Assembly: GCA_964016885.1 (NCBI GenBank)
Contig: OZ024743.1
Location: 122,264,001-122,328,000 of the forward strand
Reading direction: 5' to 3'
Source of the DNA: Eledone cirrhosa
Taxonomy: Eukaryota
Length of the DNA stretch: 64,000 nucleotides
Under the pieces are notes generated by a model that saw nothing but the letters and a program-made list of their open reading frames with translations, was not told the origin of the DNA and ran no database searches. The position numbers were made by a program, and so were the translations under genes. This document shows, one piece after another, positions 15,421 through 30,189 of the stretch; the stretch's first letter is position 1, and each line of letters opens with the position of its first letter.

Positions 15421-18400
15421 TGGTATCTTACCCAGCTCTGTGCTTCTTGAATTCAAATATCCTTCTGTCCGGAATTACGTCCGGAAGTTAGTATCAGCAA
15501 TGGATACATAATTTCTTTGGTCAGATCTCACGTTCGACTACTTTATCACAATACTCTGAGGAAGCCATTCAGTGTAATTGATTATTTTTCGATTTATTTC
15601 TCTGATTTGCTTAAATTGCTTAACACCCAGAAGCCAGCTCTAAAATTTCCAAGTTTCTACTCAGTTTCTTTGCTAATTTACTGCAGATCATTACTGAGAA
15701 GATTAAGATATAATCGATTGCCGAGGTTACACATACTAAGACTATTATCCTTAAACAGCGGAGGCTGGGTGAATATATCTATCAGCAATGATTCAAGATT
15801 TCATATCAACTGCATGGATTGTTTTGATCTTCTAGGTAAAACATATACTTTTATAAGCCCCATTAACTATAAGCAATATGCATTAGATTTTGTGGAAAAT
15901 ATAAAAGAAACATAAGTAAGCATCAACGCAAAGAACCTTACATATACGAACAAACAATGAAGCCTGTACATGATCCCTCGATATGCTAGAAATAACTGCT
16001 AAATCTTCCTCAAATCACACCTTACATCTTTTATAAAAAGGACACATTGGATAATGTAGTACTAGACACACTGTGTGTGACAGGAAGGTCAAGGGTGGAG
16101 TGCTTTTACCAAGAATATATCTGCTCCATTGATAAGATAACAATGGCAACAGCAATAACAGCAACCACTACACTACTGCAAGCCATATTAAAGGTTGAAT
16201 TAAATTTTCACTTGGTACAAAATGAAACAGGATTTTTATATCAAAGTTAGTGTCCGATTTAGGACAAATGAGGCCCTGTGCTAGTTAAGTTATGATGCCC
16301 CTTACTTGGGCCATACCGGAAGATCACCCCACCCCCTGTCAACTAGGCTCTGTGCTTAAGCACATCTATGGACAATGGTAAATCCGGCACAAATCAAGGT
16401 TACTGTAATATTACCAAAGAACATTTTTCGTAACCTTTGTGTTTCCATTCCATGCCTCCCGGGACAGGTCTCAATACCCTCACCAGGTCTTGCAGTGTTG
16501 GGTGGAGACTGCAATATATATTTTCGAACAAGCCCCTCTACCAAGGCCTGAACGCGTCTCTTGTTATCCCGTGTGAAGGACGATGTGGTATGAATGTCTT
16601 TACTGTTTCCAGCCATATTGCAGTGTTTAGGTGGTCTCATTCGCGCCAGTCACCAATTTGGTACTTTTCTCAGACCCACGAAGTCTAGGCTTTTAAGAGG
16701 CGGCCTTTACTCGCGTCATCATAGCTATATCAATGGGTTGTGAGAGTTGTTTTGGAAGCCAACAGTGTCACCCATTGCTTAATCTCCCATGTCAATTTAC
16801 CGCTGTTGGTCCGGTGTTGCTTATTTGTCCAGCAGGATCCCGCTTATATCGGAACTATCATATTTGGTGGCCGCATCGCTATCCGCCACATGCGAACCGT
16901 TCTTCAGCAGAAAACATAGCATAATTCATTCATCTAACACAAAGATATCCATAAATACACATGTTATAAGGGGAATCGGGGACAACGATCAATAATTGAT
17001 TTTGTTATTGTCTCTGATCTCTTAGATTCAATGCTGGATGTTTGTGTTAAGAGAGGGGCTGGCTGTCAACTGATTATCACCTAGTTATCTGCAACCTGAG
17101 ACAACCTTCTGGAAGAAATCAGCTACGTTTACATCTAGAGAGGGATATTCTCCGCCAGGTCATAAAATGCTCGAGCCATACCGTATATTATGACGGTGCC
17201 CCTACAATTCCATCAGAAGTTACAGGTCAATATATATATATGGCTCAATGTTACGGTCCAATCTACTGACCAGGAAACCTGCATTGAAAGAATAAACAAG
17301 TCCGCTCCTTAATCATCAAATACTTTCCCAGTGACAATTTAATAAATCAATCAACCGGCACAACATATACGACAATTATTCTACTTCACTTTCCATTCGA
17401 AACAATGTTTCGCTTCATTACCACACCATAGAAATAACAGAAACCATAGACGTTAGAAACAAATTAGCTGTGAGGTATTCGGTTCAATCTCATTGAACAT
17501 TACCTTGTGAGCGTCTTGTACTATCGCATATATAATGAGCTAATGCTACCTGAGCCGGAAATCCGGTTCGACCCTTCAGATCGCGCGGTCAAAGATGTCG
17601 GTATGATCGTGAAAAAGACGTGTGTGTGTGTGTATGTATGAATGTATGTATGTGTCTTCATATGTGTGTTTTGTTAATGAGTGCAGGTTTGGCTTTGGAG
17701 TACAGATCACAACCACTTGGTTCTAGACTCAATTTAACTGAACAACTTATACTAGAAATAATTAAAGTGGCGATGTGCTGATTGCCGTACGCAAACATTT
17801 TTAATAAACTGAAATGTTTCTTTTAACTGGAGGATAAAAAAAAAAAAACTTTGTGGAAAATTTATTTACATACTGAAGAGGAAAGAAGTTTTTTATTTGT
17901 TTGCAAGCAAGTGGGTATATTGCGGCGTATTAAACATCATCGAAATAGTTTGGTCTACTTCAGCCTGCTTTGATAAAACACGAAATATTTTTTCAAATAA
18001 AAATATATTTAAGAATAGTTCTCTTCCGTGTACTGTCACACATGTAAGATGAATGATACAATTTAGTTGAAATAAAGCATTATATTACAAAACTGCATAA
18101 AAAACCAACACAAATCTATAAAATAAAACCGATAAAGTTGTATCATCAACAGTACCACGAAAGAAATTCTGTCGATTGTAATCAGTAAATACGACATTTA
18201 CTTCAGTAGTTGATGGAGATCACGTGATAATACACTTCCTGTACTGATCACAGCTTTCTCTCTAATTACAATTTTCTTATTTAGATTATGCTGCCTGACC
18301 TTTAGCTCGAAATCGATATAATAAAAGTGTTTGCTAGAAGGCCACGTCAACCTTGAATCAAGTGTCACTACTTTGTTAATTTGTGAAGAAATTTAACTTA

Positions 18401-18906
18401 AACTATGGATACAGTGGATCAGGGCGTATATTGTATTCGTCCTATTTTACACGCTACATAGTTATAGGCAAAGATAACACATTTAAACTAAATCATACAC
18501 AGACAAAGACACACACATGCATACACAAACACACATACACATACACAAACACATACACACACACACACACAAACATACACACATACACAAACACACAAAC
18601 ACACACATGCAAACACAAACACACACACAAACACACACACCCACCCACCCACACCTACACACACAAACAAATACACTCACACACACACGTAACCCCATTT
18701 CATTTTAATTAATTGATTTTTAAAATAAAAATTAATTAGTAAATGTAAAATATTTACTCGCCCACTCTTCAAATATACACAACACATACATATATAATGA
18801 TTTCTTGTGCAACATATTTATTAGTTACAGATGGAAATCATAATACCTATAACCCACTAACCGTCTAGCACACTCATAAATGTTGGCAAAATAATTTATT
18901 TCTAAT

Positions 18907-19140
18907 AGTTGTTTCTACTTTTGGCACAAGGCCAGCAATTACCCAGTGCATTACTGGTACTTTATTTTATCGACCCCGTAAGGATGAAAGGCAAAGTTAA
19001 CCTCGGCGGGATTTGAACTCAGAATGGCAAGGGCCGTAACTCTATGCGTCAAAGCATGGCGTCCGACCCTCTACCGATACTGCCAACCCACCAATAATTG
19101 TTTCTACTTTAGGCACAAGGCCAGCAATTACCCAGTGCAA
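18907..19140 (-). mobile_element. tRNA-derived SINE plus a tandem partial 3' copy
   Basis: Reverse complement of the SINE consensus at 18907-19095, with a second tail at 19096-19140. Confidence 0.9.
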
Positions 19141-20599
19141 TGTGAGGCAAATAGAAATTCTAATATCAGCGTCTCGGAATTAATTTCGCAATTTTGTTTC
19201 GTTATCTAGCATTCGGCAGACGAAGCAGACGTCTAACAAACATCCAAAGGTTCACGAGAAAGCTGATTAGCATTAAATATTATCATGGTCGAATGGTTGG
19301 CGACTAAACCGGCTCCTTCCGGACTCTGGTCTGGTGAGCAGGGTAAGTGGAACCCCAACAGCAAAAAAAAAAAAAAAAAAATAGAATTTGTAAAAAGAGC
19401 AGATGAACTCCTTAGTATCAACAGCTATCCAGCCTTATTTTGGGTTAAATAGTCTCACCAGCCCGCAATTGGCCAACTAAACCCATGATATGACCAAAAC
19501 CAAACAGGAAGTAGTAGAGGTCAACCAGGAAGAGGCTTCTCCAACTAGAGTATAAAGGCCCTGGATTGGACTGGATTAGGATTATATTTAACGATTCCTA
19601 AAATATGTTGATGTTGGTGTTCTTATGGTTTGCTTTGTCTTTAGTTCGGTTACCATTTTAATCAACTTCAATTAAATTTTATGCTTGTTCTGAAGTGTAA
19701 TAACAAACTGCCTTGTGAAATCTGTAAACTAAAAGCTACCGTACAGTTTTTCCATCTACTAGATTTCATTTGCGGGACTATAGTAGAAGGCAATTTGATA
19801 TATAGTGAGATGGAGTCTCGAACTACGTGGTTTTGAAGCGAACTTCTTAATCACCGTATGCCGGCACCTGTATAATAATAAAATGAATATTAGATAAACA
19901 TTCACGCAAACTGTGAGAAATCTTTAGTTATTTATTAATCTGTCAAATCATAGTCGTCTTTCCTCATTTTGAGTTTTTAGTTTCTTTTCCTAATACTGAA
20001 TATCACACTTTGCATAACAAAATAATCTCTGTTGTATATAGACATATGAAACGTTTACTTTCTTCAAGTAATTGCATTATATTGAGTAGCAGAAAAAACG
20101 TTATATTATGTTTGTCGCCATTTAGACTCGCCACTCTGGTTAACAATCATTGCTTTTGTCATTCATATTTCAACTTTCCCAACTCTTTAAAATCACCGAA
20201 ACCGTTGCTAGTAAGTGTATATTTTAGAGCACTTTGTTTCTTACAGACATCGTTCTGTATTTGCTTAACGGTTCTGGCCTTCAATCTTCTTCTAACCAAG
20301 AAAATACACAGGAATTTGCATCAATTTTTATGGGGAACTGTCTAAATACATTAATAAATATACATATACATTAATATGTGCTGGCCTTTACAGACATCTT
20401 TGTGAGTATGAGTTAGTGCATTTCATGCTTCTTGAGATCTGTCTTCTAGTGGTTCCAAAACAGCTAGGACTGCTGACGCTTTAACCGAATAAATATATCT
20501 AACGATAGCTTTTCCGTGCTGTTTTAGTCTTGCATTGATTTTTCTCGTTAATTTAGTTTGATCTGCCAAACGCTTTGGTTGATGACGTAAAATATTGAT

Positions 20600-21856
20600 T
20601 TGCTTCCTACATTCTGTTTCAAAGGGATAACAGTAATTGACTAGATCACAGTTTATTGTAAAGTAATTAATTAATCAACTAAGTGAAGATGAGATAAAAA
20701 GACAAATTCAGTTATTTGCAGTATTCCTTCTACAAATACTTAAATTGATGCAGTCTTCCGTTCGATTCGGAAATGTTGAACACGATTTAGGGAAATTTTC
20801 TCTATATCTGATGTTTAGTCGTGCTACCATAAACAATATACTTCGTAACCTTTGAAATTATAGAAACATTATTCACGGAAGCGATTTGAATTTGACCCTA
20901 TGTTTGATCCAACTAAGGAACACACTCTACGAGTTTCATAGAAGGGTTAACACAAGTGCAACAGCAAAATCCAGTCAGAGCACATATATTGTTGATTCAG
21001 TATGTGAAAGAACATGTAAGAGGTATGATTTTTACTTCAGAAAAAAGTATTCAGCCGAAAGGTTTAGTCAAAAGAGATTTGCCCAAATGGACCTGATTCA
21101 GTGCCACTGAAAGTGGCTGTTGCAGCAAACCCTATCATTACGACTAAGAAACTCAGAGGCATTTCAATATTAATCATATGAATTTAAAAAAAAACTTGGA
21201 AAATGAGTCCCACACGACCTGTCAATTACTGTCAAGCATTACATTACGGAAACTTTAAGTGTCTTTCGGACATCAGTTGCTGGAGATCAGAAATCGATAG
21301 CGCCATCGTCAGTGGCTTAATTGGAGTGATAGACGTGGCCGGCAGCATAGAGAAGAACTACACTCAAGGAAGACTCCATTGAAAGTGTGGCAGGATATGC
21401 AAAAAGCAGTTTATTCTGAACTGTTACACAATCATCAAACAATCACAGCCGAGTTTTAATAACAGGAACTTTGGTATTTAAAAACAGCTTTGGACGAAAA
21501 AAAGCTAATTCTCAGACAACAGAAAAGGAATTATTCTCCATCATAATGTCCGTCCTCATACAGCATGAGTTACCAAGGCCTCAGTTTGGGCAGATTACTT
21601 CACCCATCGTATTCTCAAGATCCTGCTCCTGATTATCGTTTGTTTAGGACATTGCAAAATTATTAGCGCAGGGAGGTTTAAAATATGTCTTTTATTTTAT
21701 ATCAAAATCTAAGGAAGTTTATAAGCATGGCGACCATAAGCTTATTGAAAGATAGAACAAGGTTATTGAAAGCAATAGAGAATATATTGATGATACAATA
21801 CTACCATAAATACCGTTAAATATATGCTAAAATCAGACAGAACCTTGTTTCAACCC

Positions 21857-21860
<4 letters not shown>
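20600..21860 (+). mobile_element. Degenerate mariner transposon
   Basis: Frameshifted relics including HPSYSQDPAP-DYRLF at ~21601-21648 (cf. the HPPYSPDLAPSDYHLF motif). TIR-like end ...cttgtttcaacccggta followed by TA. Left boundary is approximate. Confidence 0.7.
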
Positions 21861-21912
<52 letters not shown>

Positions 21913-22199
21913 TGGATGAATACTTCAACAGACACTAGGTACCTATAGAAATATGCAAGGTGTTTATAATAGTTGTGGTTCGATGGTACTAATTTGAGAT
22001 ACCAGAACAATATAAAAAGAGCGGAGCAAGCAATTATCAAACAATTCTCTAAATAAATTAAAAAACGATTTAAATAATCACCTGTTCTATTGCTGTTACC
22101 GACGGTTTCACCAATCCAAAAATTGGAAATCCAGAGAATTTCCAATGGAAAGAATTTGATCTTCAGACAGCTTATTTCCATACTATAAGGTTGCTAGTC

Positions 22200-23190
22200 T
22201 TACAGTAAGTCAATATTTCGCTTCCTGCTTAACGCATACGGTCAGGCCGTTAAAATGACACACACGCAAAATCAAGTCGCAAGTAAGAGCTACTGTGATG
22301 ACTCATTTCTGACGCATGAAAAATACCACCACCACCACCACCACCACCACTGGAATGCTCAACGACCATAACCACTCTGATGCAGGCCTACCACCAAGCG
22401 CTATCCGGCTGGACCTGCTAGTTTAATGTACTGGCAATTAACGTTGCAAGGAATATAGTGGTGATTTCGGCTGAATGCGTCAACACGCTGCTTGATTGTC
22501 TTCATGCTCCCCGTTGTTACCAATATGACCCTCTCTGACCTATATTTCCCCCTCCAGTAAACGTGCCCATCTCTTCTTTCTATGTAAGTCTGGATGAAAT
22601 GCTAGTGGCAAGTGTGTGGTTTTCAATAAGAGGTAAGTTCCTGCACTATCTTCCGACTACGGACCTAAGGGGGTAAGCTATTGTGGTGACTCGATGCTAC
22701 TGAGACTGGTCTGATCGACTGGCTCTTGCATGAGTCCTCATCTGCTGAAGTCGACGTTGATGATCATCTTCAGACTCTGCTGCTCTAGTAACATTTTTCC
22801 TTCTGGAAAATCGGATTTTGCGGCCAGACCGGGACTTTTTGTGTGGCATATTGGCAGTGACAATGATTGTTCGAACAGGGTCATGTTTGATTTTTATATA
22901 GGTGTTATTCAGGGGAGGGTAACGCATAGAAATCGAATAACCAATCAAGTTATAAGGGGTCAATCATGACTGATAGTGATTGGCTTCAGTTAAAATGTGA
23001 TTTCACGCGTGGGAGTCAAAAGGTCAATGGGGACATTGTGTTGTTTAGTGAGATTGGTGGGCTAATCTGTATGCCGCCTAAATGGAAAGAAGAGAAAGAC
23101 CAGCTCCATCGATTTCATTCAATAAATCCACCATTGGCGTGTTCTACAGCATCATATATATAGCTGACGTTCCTAGCTTCGCTTGGATAA
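22200..23190. mobile_element. Helitron-derived fragments
   Basis: Minus peptide RAAESEDDHQRRLQQMRTHARASRS resembles Helitron N-terminal repeats. A CTAG terminus after a GC-rich stretch occurs at ~22400-22422, and a terminus-like motif at ~23160-23190. Confidence 0.45.
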
Positions 23191-23334
23191 ACAGACGATA
23201 AGCCGTCTGTGCTTTCGTACAGTCGAACTAAATATAAGAAATAAATACAATGTTTGTTTATATTTTGTTTTTATAGTTCTGTTTTCCGATGTATTGTGTG
23301 TTTGTGTATGCAAAAATATCTGTACACGAATATA

Positions 23335-23392
<58 letters not shown>

Positions 23393-23396
<4 letters not shown>

Positions 23397-23962
23397 TAAA
23401 ATTAGTCCTTCGTCAGTGATCTTCCAGCCTTCATTGGTATTTCATCGCTTTAAAGATCATATACCTCTGGTTGGTGCGAGCAACGGCTAAAGAAAGTCGT
23501 TGGGACACGTAAATAGGGGGAACGAGCGAGACATGTAAACAAACAAAGATGGTAATGCAACGAAAAGTGAGGAAGAAGGAGTCAAGTCCCTGAAATCGAT
23601 GAACATAAGTTCTGTGAAATCGTAGACGAGAGATAAAGACCATCAAACCTGGTTGAAATGTGAGCGAGAAAAGGATTTCGCACAGGTCAAACGGGATGAA
23701 GTGATGGAGAGGGAGTAGCAGAGAGTGAGTGAGTGAAAGTGTGAGGAAGAGGCTAACTGAGAGAGTGACTGGCAGAGGGGGTAAAAAGAAAGTGAGAGAT
23801 ACAGAGAAAGGGGAAGCAGTAAGAAAGAAACAGACGAGTCACAGCGGAGGAAAATATATAAATATATGAAAAAATGGCGTGCTGCGTGGTTGAAAATGGG
23901 TTACATATGAATAAAATTAGTCCTTCATCAGTGATCTTCCAGCCTTCATTGGTATTTCATCG

Positions 23963-23965
<3 letters not shown>
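23393..23965 (-). mobile_element. PLE-like remnant with direct terminal repeat
   Basis: 23393-23450 is repeated at 23908-23965 and contains CTGA(C/T)GAAGGAC (5' half of an HHR). A similar stretch lies at 625-660. Bounded by (TA)n. Confidence 0.55.
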
Positions 23966-24057
<92 letters not shown>

Positions 24058-24293
24058 GTTTATTTAAGCGATCGCTAACCGGAAGTGTTGACACTTGAAC
24101 ATTTTAAATAAGTGAATCTTTAAATAAACAATAAAATATCTTTAATCAATAATAACGAAATTTACTAGGCAAAAATACCCTTACTTTCTTCCTTGGAAAA
24201 AGTTACATCTATGGTGCAAATTTGGTGCCGTTTGGTCCAGTCGTTTGGCCCAAAGTTTGTTACATACATACATACATACGGCCGTCAGCTTTA

Positions 24294-24324
<31 letters not shown>

Positions 24325-24329
<5 letters not shown>

Positions 24330-24364
24330 CATTTAGAAGTTTACATACACATAAACTAGACAGA

Positions 24365-24418
<54 letters not shown>

Positions 24419-25425
24419 TTTGGCAACCATTCACGATGTGGCGCAATGACGAATTAATTAATTAAATAATCAACAATGAGAGCAATATATAAGAATGTAA
24501 GTCCATAGAATCATTAGATAAAATATATACAGTATTTCTTCTCCCAATCAGCAACTTTTATTATTTCTTCAACTTTTATTAATTCAACTTTTATTATTTC
24601 TTCATAGGTATATTAAACGTATAAACTTATAGCCTCGTTTAAATGATTTTTTGTATGGTTGATTATGCTGATTGGGAGAAGAAATACTGTATATATTTTA
24701 TCTAATGATTCTATGGACTTACTTTCTTATATATTGCTCTCATTGTTGATTATTTAATTAATTAATTCGTCATTGAGCCACACCGTGAATGGTTGCCGAA
24801 AACATATATATATATATATATGGCTCTGTCTAGTTTATGTGTATGTAAACTTCTAAATTTTATATACTCCCGTAAGGTTGAGTAAAACTTTAGGCAGTAT
24901 TCGGCTGCGCTTTCTAGCAACCAGCCTACTCGCCGATAGGCACCAATCACAACTTTCTGACTTGACCATTAGCCACGTGACAATTCTTAGCCATTTTGAA
25001 TTCGTTTCTGGCGGGGATCATTTAAGAAAATTTTTTGAGTTTGTCTCCTGATGATTTCGAAACTTGTTGATTTATCCAAGATCGGATATTTCCAAAAAGC
25101 GAATGAAACTCCAGGGGGTAGAGATATATTTTGGTATGTTTATGTACATTTTTTCTTCTAACTTTGATTTTGTACCTAATTATGTATGGTTAACTACATG
25201 TCTAGTCAATTTCTACAGGCTATCAGAAATACTAGGTAAATTTTCTGTGGCTGTGAATCGCGGATAAAAAGCTATCATTTATTTATCTATTATTTCTTCA
25301 TAGGTATATTTTAAACTTATAGCCTCGTTTAAATGATTGTTTGTATGGTTGATTATGCTGATTGGGAGAGGAAATACTGTATATATTTTATCTAATGATT
25401 CTATGGAGTTACTTTCTTATATATA
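24325..25425. mobile_element. Fold-back/duplicated PLE-terminal unit
   Basis: 24330-24553 is inverted at 24666-24859. 24590-24730 is directly repeated at ~25290-25420, downstream of an HHR. Confidence 0.75.
25042..25126 (+). ncRNA. Hammerhead ribozyme motif with ~50-nt stem II
   Basis: tgtctc-CTGATGA-tttcg...cgaat-GAAA-ctccaggggg-TA-gagata, with a 6-bp stem I. Confidence 0.75.
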
Positions 25426-25923
25426 TATATTATATATATATATATACACACACACATACGCGCGCATGTATATATATATTTATATATATATATAGGCACG
25501 AGGACATAGAAATACTTGGTTTGGTGCTCAGCCGTGTAGTTAGAACCCCGGGAGTGAGAAACACTTGCGCATTCTAGGAAAAGTAAAAGCCTTGTACTGG
25601 ATGAATCTGTAAAACTTGTCACCAACCATGTTGACCTCTTCTTTTTGGACACTTGTCACCGTTGTTCAGAGAGTGGGATTCATCCAGTACAAGGATTTTC
25701 TTCACTCTGAAAAGGTTCAAGCACAAGCATCACTTGATCTAAACATCTTTCATACGTGTTGCGTGAGAATGTCTGGTCGTAGTCGAAAAGTGGTGTTTTT
25801 ACTTTCCGTGAAAGCATATGAATAAAGGAATGCAAATCCTTGGCAGGGCTAAAAAGTCACGTTCGTGCCACACTAATGTGAGAAAAAGATCAAATGATGG
25901 CAATTCTTAAAATCAAAATGCTG

Positions 25924-25978
<55 letters not shown>

Positions 25979-26134
25979 AATTAGTATATCTACCAACATA
26001 TATATATACAGATGCATACCTATGCTAGCAAATATATAGGTTTTGTCTTAGTAGCTTTGTGGTTCAATGAAATGAATTATTTTTGTATAAGTTCCCTGTG
26101 TCCACGCATCGCCTGGTAACTTAGATGAGAACAG

Positions 26135-26217
26135 ACTCCCTGATGACGAAACAACTTTTCCATGCTTTCCATTTGGAAACCATGTTTATTCCCTTTCAGA
26201 AACTAATTAGTTGGAGT
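26135..26217 (+). ncRNA. Hammerhead ribozyme motif with ~50-nt stem II
   Basis: actcc-CTGATGA-cgaaa...catgctttcc(attt)ggaaaccatg...tttca-GAAA-ctaattag-TT-ggagt. Stem III is palindromic. Confidence 0.75.
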
Positions 26218-26662
26218 GAAATCTTAGTAAGTAAGTTAATTTTTATAATTTTCTTATTTTACGTCTTTCATATATATATATATATATGAAAGTATAAGTT
26301 ATTGTCTTTGATACTGCTTTGTGAAGCGTGATTAGTATATATTTGAAGAAAATAGTGTATATAGTTGAAAAAATCTCCCCTTTCTCGAACAACACAATGT
26401 ACGATTCTCGTAATTTCTCGCAACCCATCGATCAGCCATTCGTGAATATTTTAAGGTCAGATGAAATGTTGACCAAATTTGAGATGCATTACCTCCGGAA
26501 AAAATGAAGCTGGCAGAAAACCAGCCCATAAATTTAACTAATGTTGTGTAACATCGTTAAGAGGTTTTTCATTACTTGTTGATTATTACGATGCAAGGAA
26601 TATATATATATATATATATATATATTCAAACATACATATGCATATTATATACATATACATAC

Positions 26663-26785
<123 letters not shown>

Positions 26786-27184
26786 TATATAAATACATAT
26801 ATATATATATATATTACACACACAGACTCAGATATATATGTTTATACATATACATATGTATATGTGTGAATGTGTATTATGTGTCAGCGTTTGTTTTTAC
26901 CTTTATAGTTTCTTTATGTCCTGTAACGGAGCGGTTTGTTACAAAGAGACCGATGAGTATCAGACTTCATAAAAATAACTACCCGAGTCGATACGATCGA
27001 TTAAATACGTCTAAGGTGATGACTAAACATTACAGTATAATGGCTAAATACCAGTAAAAGACCAAAATACTATATATATATATATCTATATATCTATATA
27101 TCTATATCTATATATATCTATATATATATATCTATATATATATCTATATATATATATATATATATATCTCTATATATATATATA

Positions 27185-27388
27185 TAACAAAGGAAATGTG
27201 GTAAGGAACCAGGTGGACCATAACGCACCAACGTACTCAATACTTAGGGTAGTAGAGTGGGTAATAGGAACGAGTAGGACCCCGACGGCTGAGCTCAAGC
27301 CGTTTCGACGGCTAATTCTGGACTAACTTTAGTCCTGAATTCTTCGAAACGGCTTGAGCTCAGCCGTCGGGGTCCTACTCGTTCCTAT
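27185..27388. mobile_element. Fold-back PLE-terminal unit (family A)
   Basis: Homologue of 841-1164, with arms ~27263-27308 and ~27345-27386. Confidence 0.8.
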
Positions 27389-27637
27389 ATATATATATAT
27401 ATATTAGAAAATTATAAAATCAGGTTTTTTTAAAATTTTCTTTTTTTTTTACAAAATGAAAAATAACCGAGGTGTCCTACACGAGTGAAAGTATAAAGAA
27501 AAAAAGATGAAATCGAAAATGCAACTGGAGTCTTATTTAAAAATATATATATATATTTATTTGGTTCCTTTACCGGTTTCGCAGTTCTTTTGCTTTTCAA
27601 AAGTAGAGTTGAGATGGAGGATCTGTGGTTTTTCTCA

Positions 27638-27752
<115 letters not shown>

Positions 27753-27758
27753 TCTCTC

Positions 27759-27815
<57 letters not shown>

Positions 27816-28362
27816 TTATTAAAATAACAGATTAAAGTTTAAGCAAAGAATCGTTACTTTAACCCTTAACGGGATCTTCTGAAACTAAAAAGATCAATCT
27901 GTGAACGCAGAAGTAAATATTTTGAAAAACGTTGCAACCGAAGGAAAACAGGAAGACGATACTTTGGTTCATGAAGACGTTCCCTGGCATTGAACGAAAA
28001 AAAGCGAAGATAATACGTCGTTATGTGGGCCGCTGAGAACAATTACACGCAAAGACAAAACCACGTTCATGGTATAAATGAAGTCGTAGACTACTATTCT
28101 ATTTAGGAAACCGAATGAATCTCGGCTTCGGAGTTAAGAATAATGTATATAAATTAGTAGAACGAAAATGACAGAGGTTATAAAAATCAATAATAAATAC
28201 ATATACACATACCCGCATCCATACGTACACACACGTGCATACGCGAAAACACCCGGCATGCATATACATGCACGTACACATAAACACACGCACGCATACA
28301 TAAACCCGCGCAACACATGTACCCGCACACATACGAACGTATACACCAAATACACATACAAA

Positions 28363-28442
<80 letters not shown>

Positions 28443-28843
28443 ATATAATTATATAGACGTATATAAATATACACACATAAATACGTATATAGCGCACGCA
28501 CACACATACCTACAGGTAAATACACATATGTTCACCAAACGTACGTCAACCAAAACACAATGTACACATATACACACCTTACATACGTGCAAATACGCAT
28601 ACACGCATACACACACAAAAACAAAATACACATATACACAAAACCATATACACATATACCAGTATATATAATATAATATATGCACCTATAACAAATACAA
28701 GCATATATATGTACGAGAAAGTATACATACCTTCACAAAACATACGGGTAAGATATACTTACCTATACAAATAAGTAATGGTATACACATAAAATATACT
28801 TAGCTACCACATCAAGACGTAAATTATCTGCGTATTGTTCGTA

Positions 28844-30130
28844 CTATCCATTAGGGTATAATGCGGGGCTGTAATACAGGAAAGTTTTATGCAATTTGCG
28901 TTTACAAGCCGAAATTACCTCAGATTTTTTGTTTAAGATGTGGTCATTGGCGTAGAGTATTTCCAGGGCTTCAACGGCGCAAAGATCGCATGGTGTTTTA
29001 TTTCCGTTATACGATCTAGCCTTAGCTAGGATCTCCCAGTGTAACCTATATTGGGTGTGGTTGTCTTTCAGACTCCAGATATAAGCTGAAAGTGACGTCA
29101 TATTCCTTCTTAAAGGCTTAAGAAAGGAATGGGTGTTTATGTAAATACGCTGCTTGTATCTGTTGGCGGTTAACTCTATGTAGGCCCTACGGGACGTGGG
29201 TGTTTCGACCTTACATTTGTAGACAATGTTACTGGAGAGGCATTTCCCAGATAGAGGGCAGTCAACCCAATTCCTACAAATACAGTTAGTACTAGCTACA
29301 GGGTTGCACGTGTACGGCTAGGTAATTTATTTAAATTTGAAGCAGTGATGTTATGTGCAAAGTTATGGGTCGTAGAATAAGATATTTTAATGGTATTTCT
29401 ATTAAAAATTTCATTATATTTATGTGCTGAGGAGAAATGCTTCTTAATAAGGGAGAGAAAGATCTTAGCTAATGGTGTGGCCATCTCCATATTATATGGT
29501 GGGTTATAACATATAATTGTTTCTACTTTAGACACAAGGCCAGCAATTACCCAGTGCATTACTGGTACTTTATTTTATCGACCCCGTAAGGATGAAAGGC
29601 TAAGTCAACCTCGGCGGGATTTGAACTCAGATCGTAAAGGGACGTAACTATGCTTGAAAGCATGGCGTCCGACCCTCTACCGATACTGCCAATCCACCGC
29701 CCTGTTATAATCCACAGGTGGGTTATAACATATAATGCGTCGGGATCTATTATTCCTTGGTTGTGGGGCATTAGTGTGTGTTGTACCATCGCTGAATATT
29801 AATATAGGTAAGGTTTTTTTATATCGATATTGTCGGGCATCCACTGATGATTTATAAGTGCCCACCTACATATATTCCTATGGACTATGTGCAGGCTTCT
29901 ACATAACCTGGACATTATTTTCCCAATTTGTAGAAAACTTATAATGAAACGATCGTTTGGAAAGAGAGATGTATTTAATTATGTCTCATATAAAATAATA
30001 CAACTGGCTATCCGCAAAATACGTATAGTTAGCACCCCAAACGTATAATTGGGATTATACTAAGGTATATCCTAATGTTTGTTGAGTGAGACGGAAGCCG
30101 GTCGGAGTATTGCTTAAAGCTTTCTCTGTT
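28844..30130 (-). mobile_element. PLE remnant (RT C-terminus, CxCx5Cx5C linker, GIY-YIG), interrupted by a SINE
   Basis: YNPPYNMEMATPLAKIFLSLIKKHF...IFNRNTIKISYS; NCRNWVDCPLSGKC...IVYKCKV; TSLSAYIWSLK...WEIL...CDLCAVEALEI...LNKKSEVISAC. Possibly Hydra clade (inference). Right boundary is approximate. Confidence 0.85.
29515..29702 (-). mobile_element. tRNA-derived SINE with ~20-bp target-site duplication
   Basis: ggtgggttataacatataat occurs at ~29498-29517 and ~29717-29736. Confidence 0.92.
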
Positions 30131-30189
30131 AATGTATTAAATATATACACATATTATATATAACTTTGATAACTTCAATAACTTAATGG

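Noticed and set aside
19230-19570. Possible RTE 5' UTR with an HDV-like ribozyme
   Set aside because: I could not build the nested double pseudoknot by eye.
27880-28140. Possible host exon in a unique-looking stretch
   Set aside because: No convincing ORF, splice-site pair or recognisable domain.
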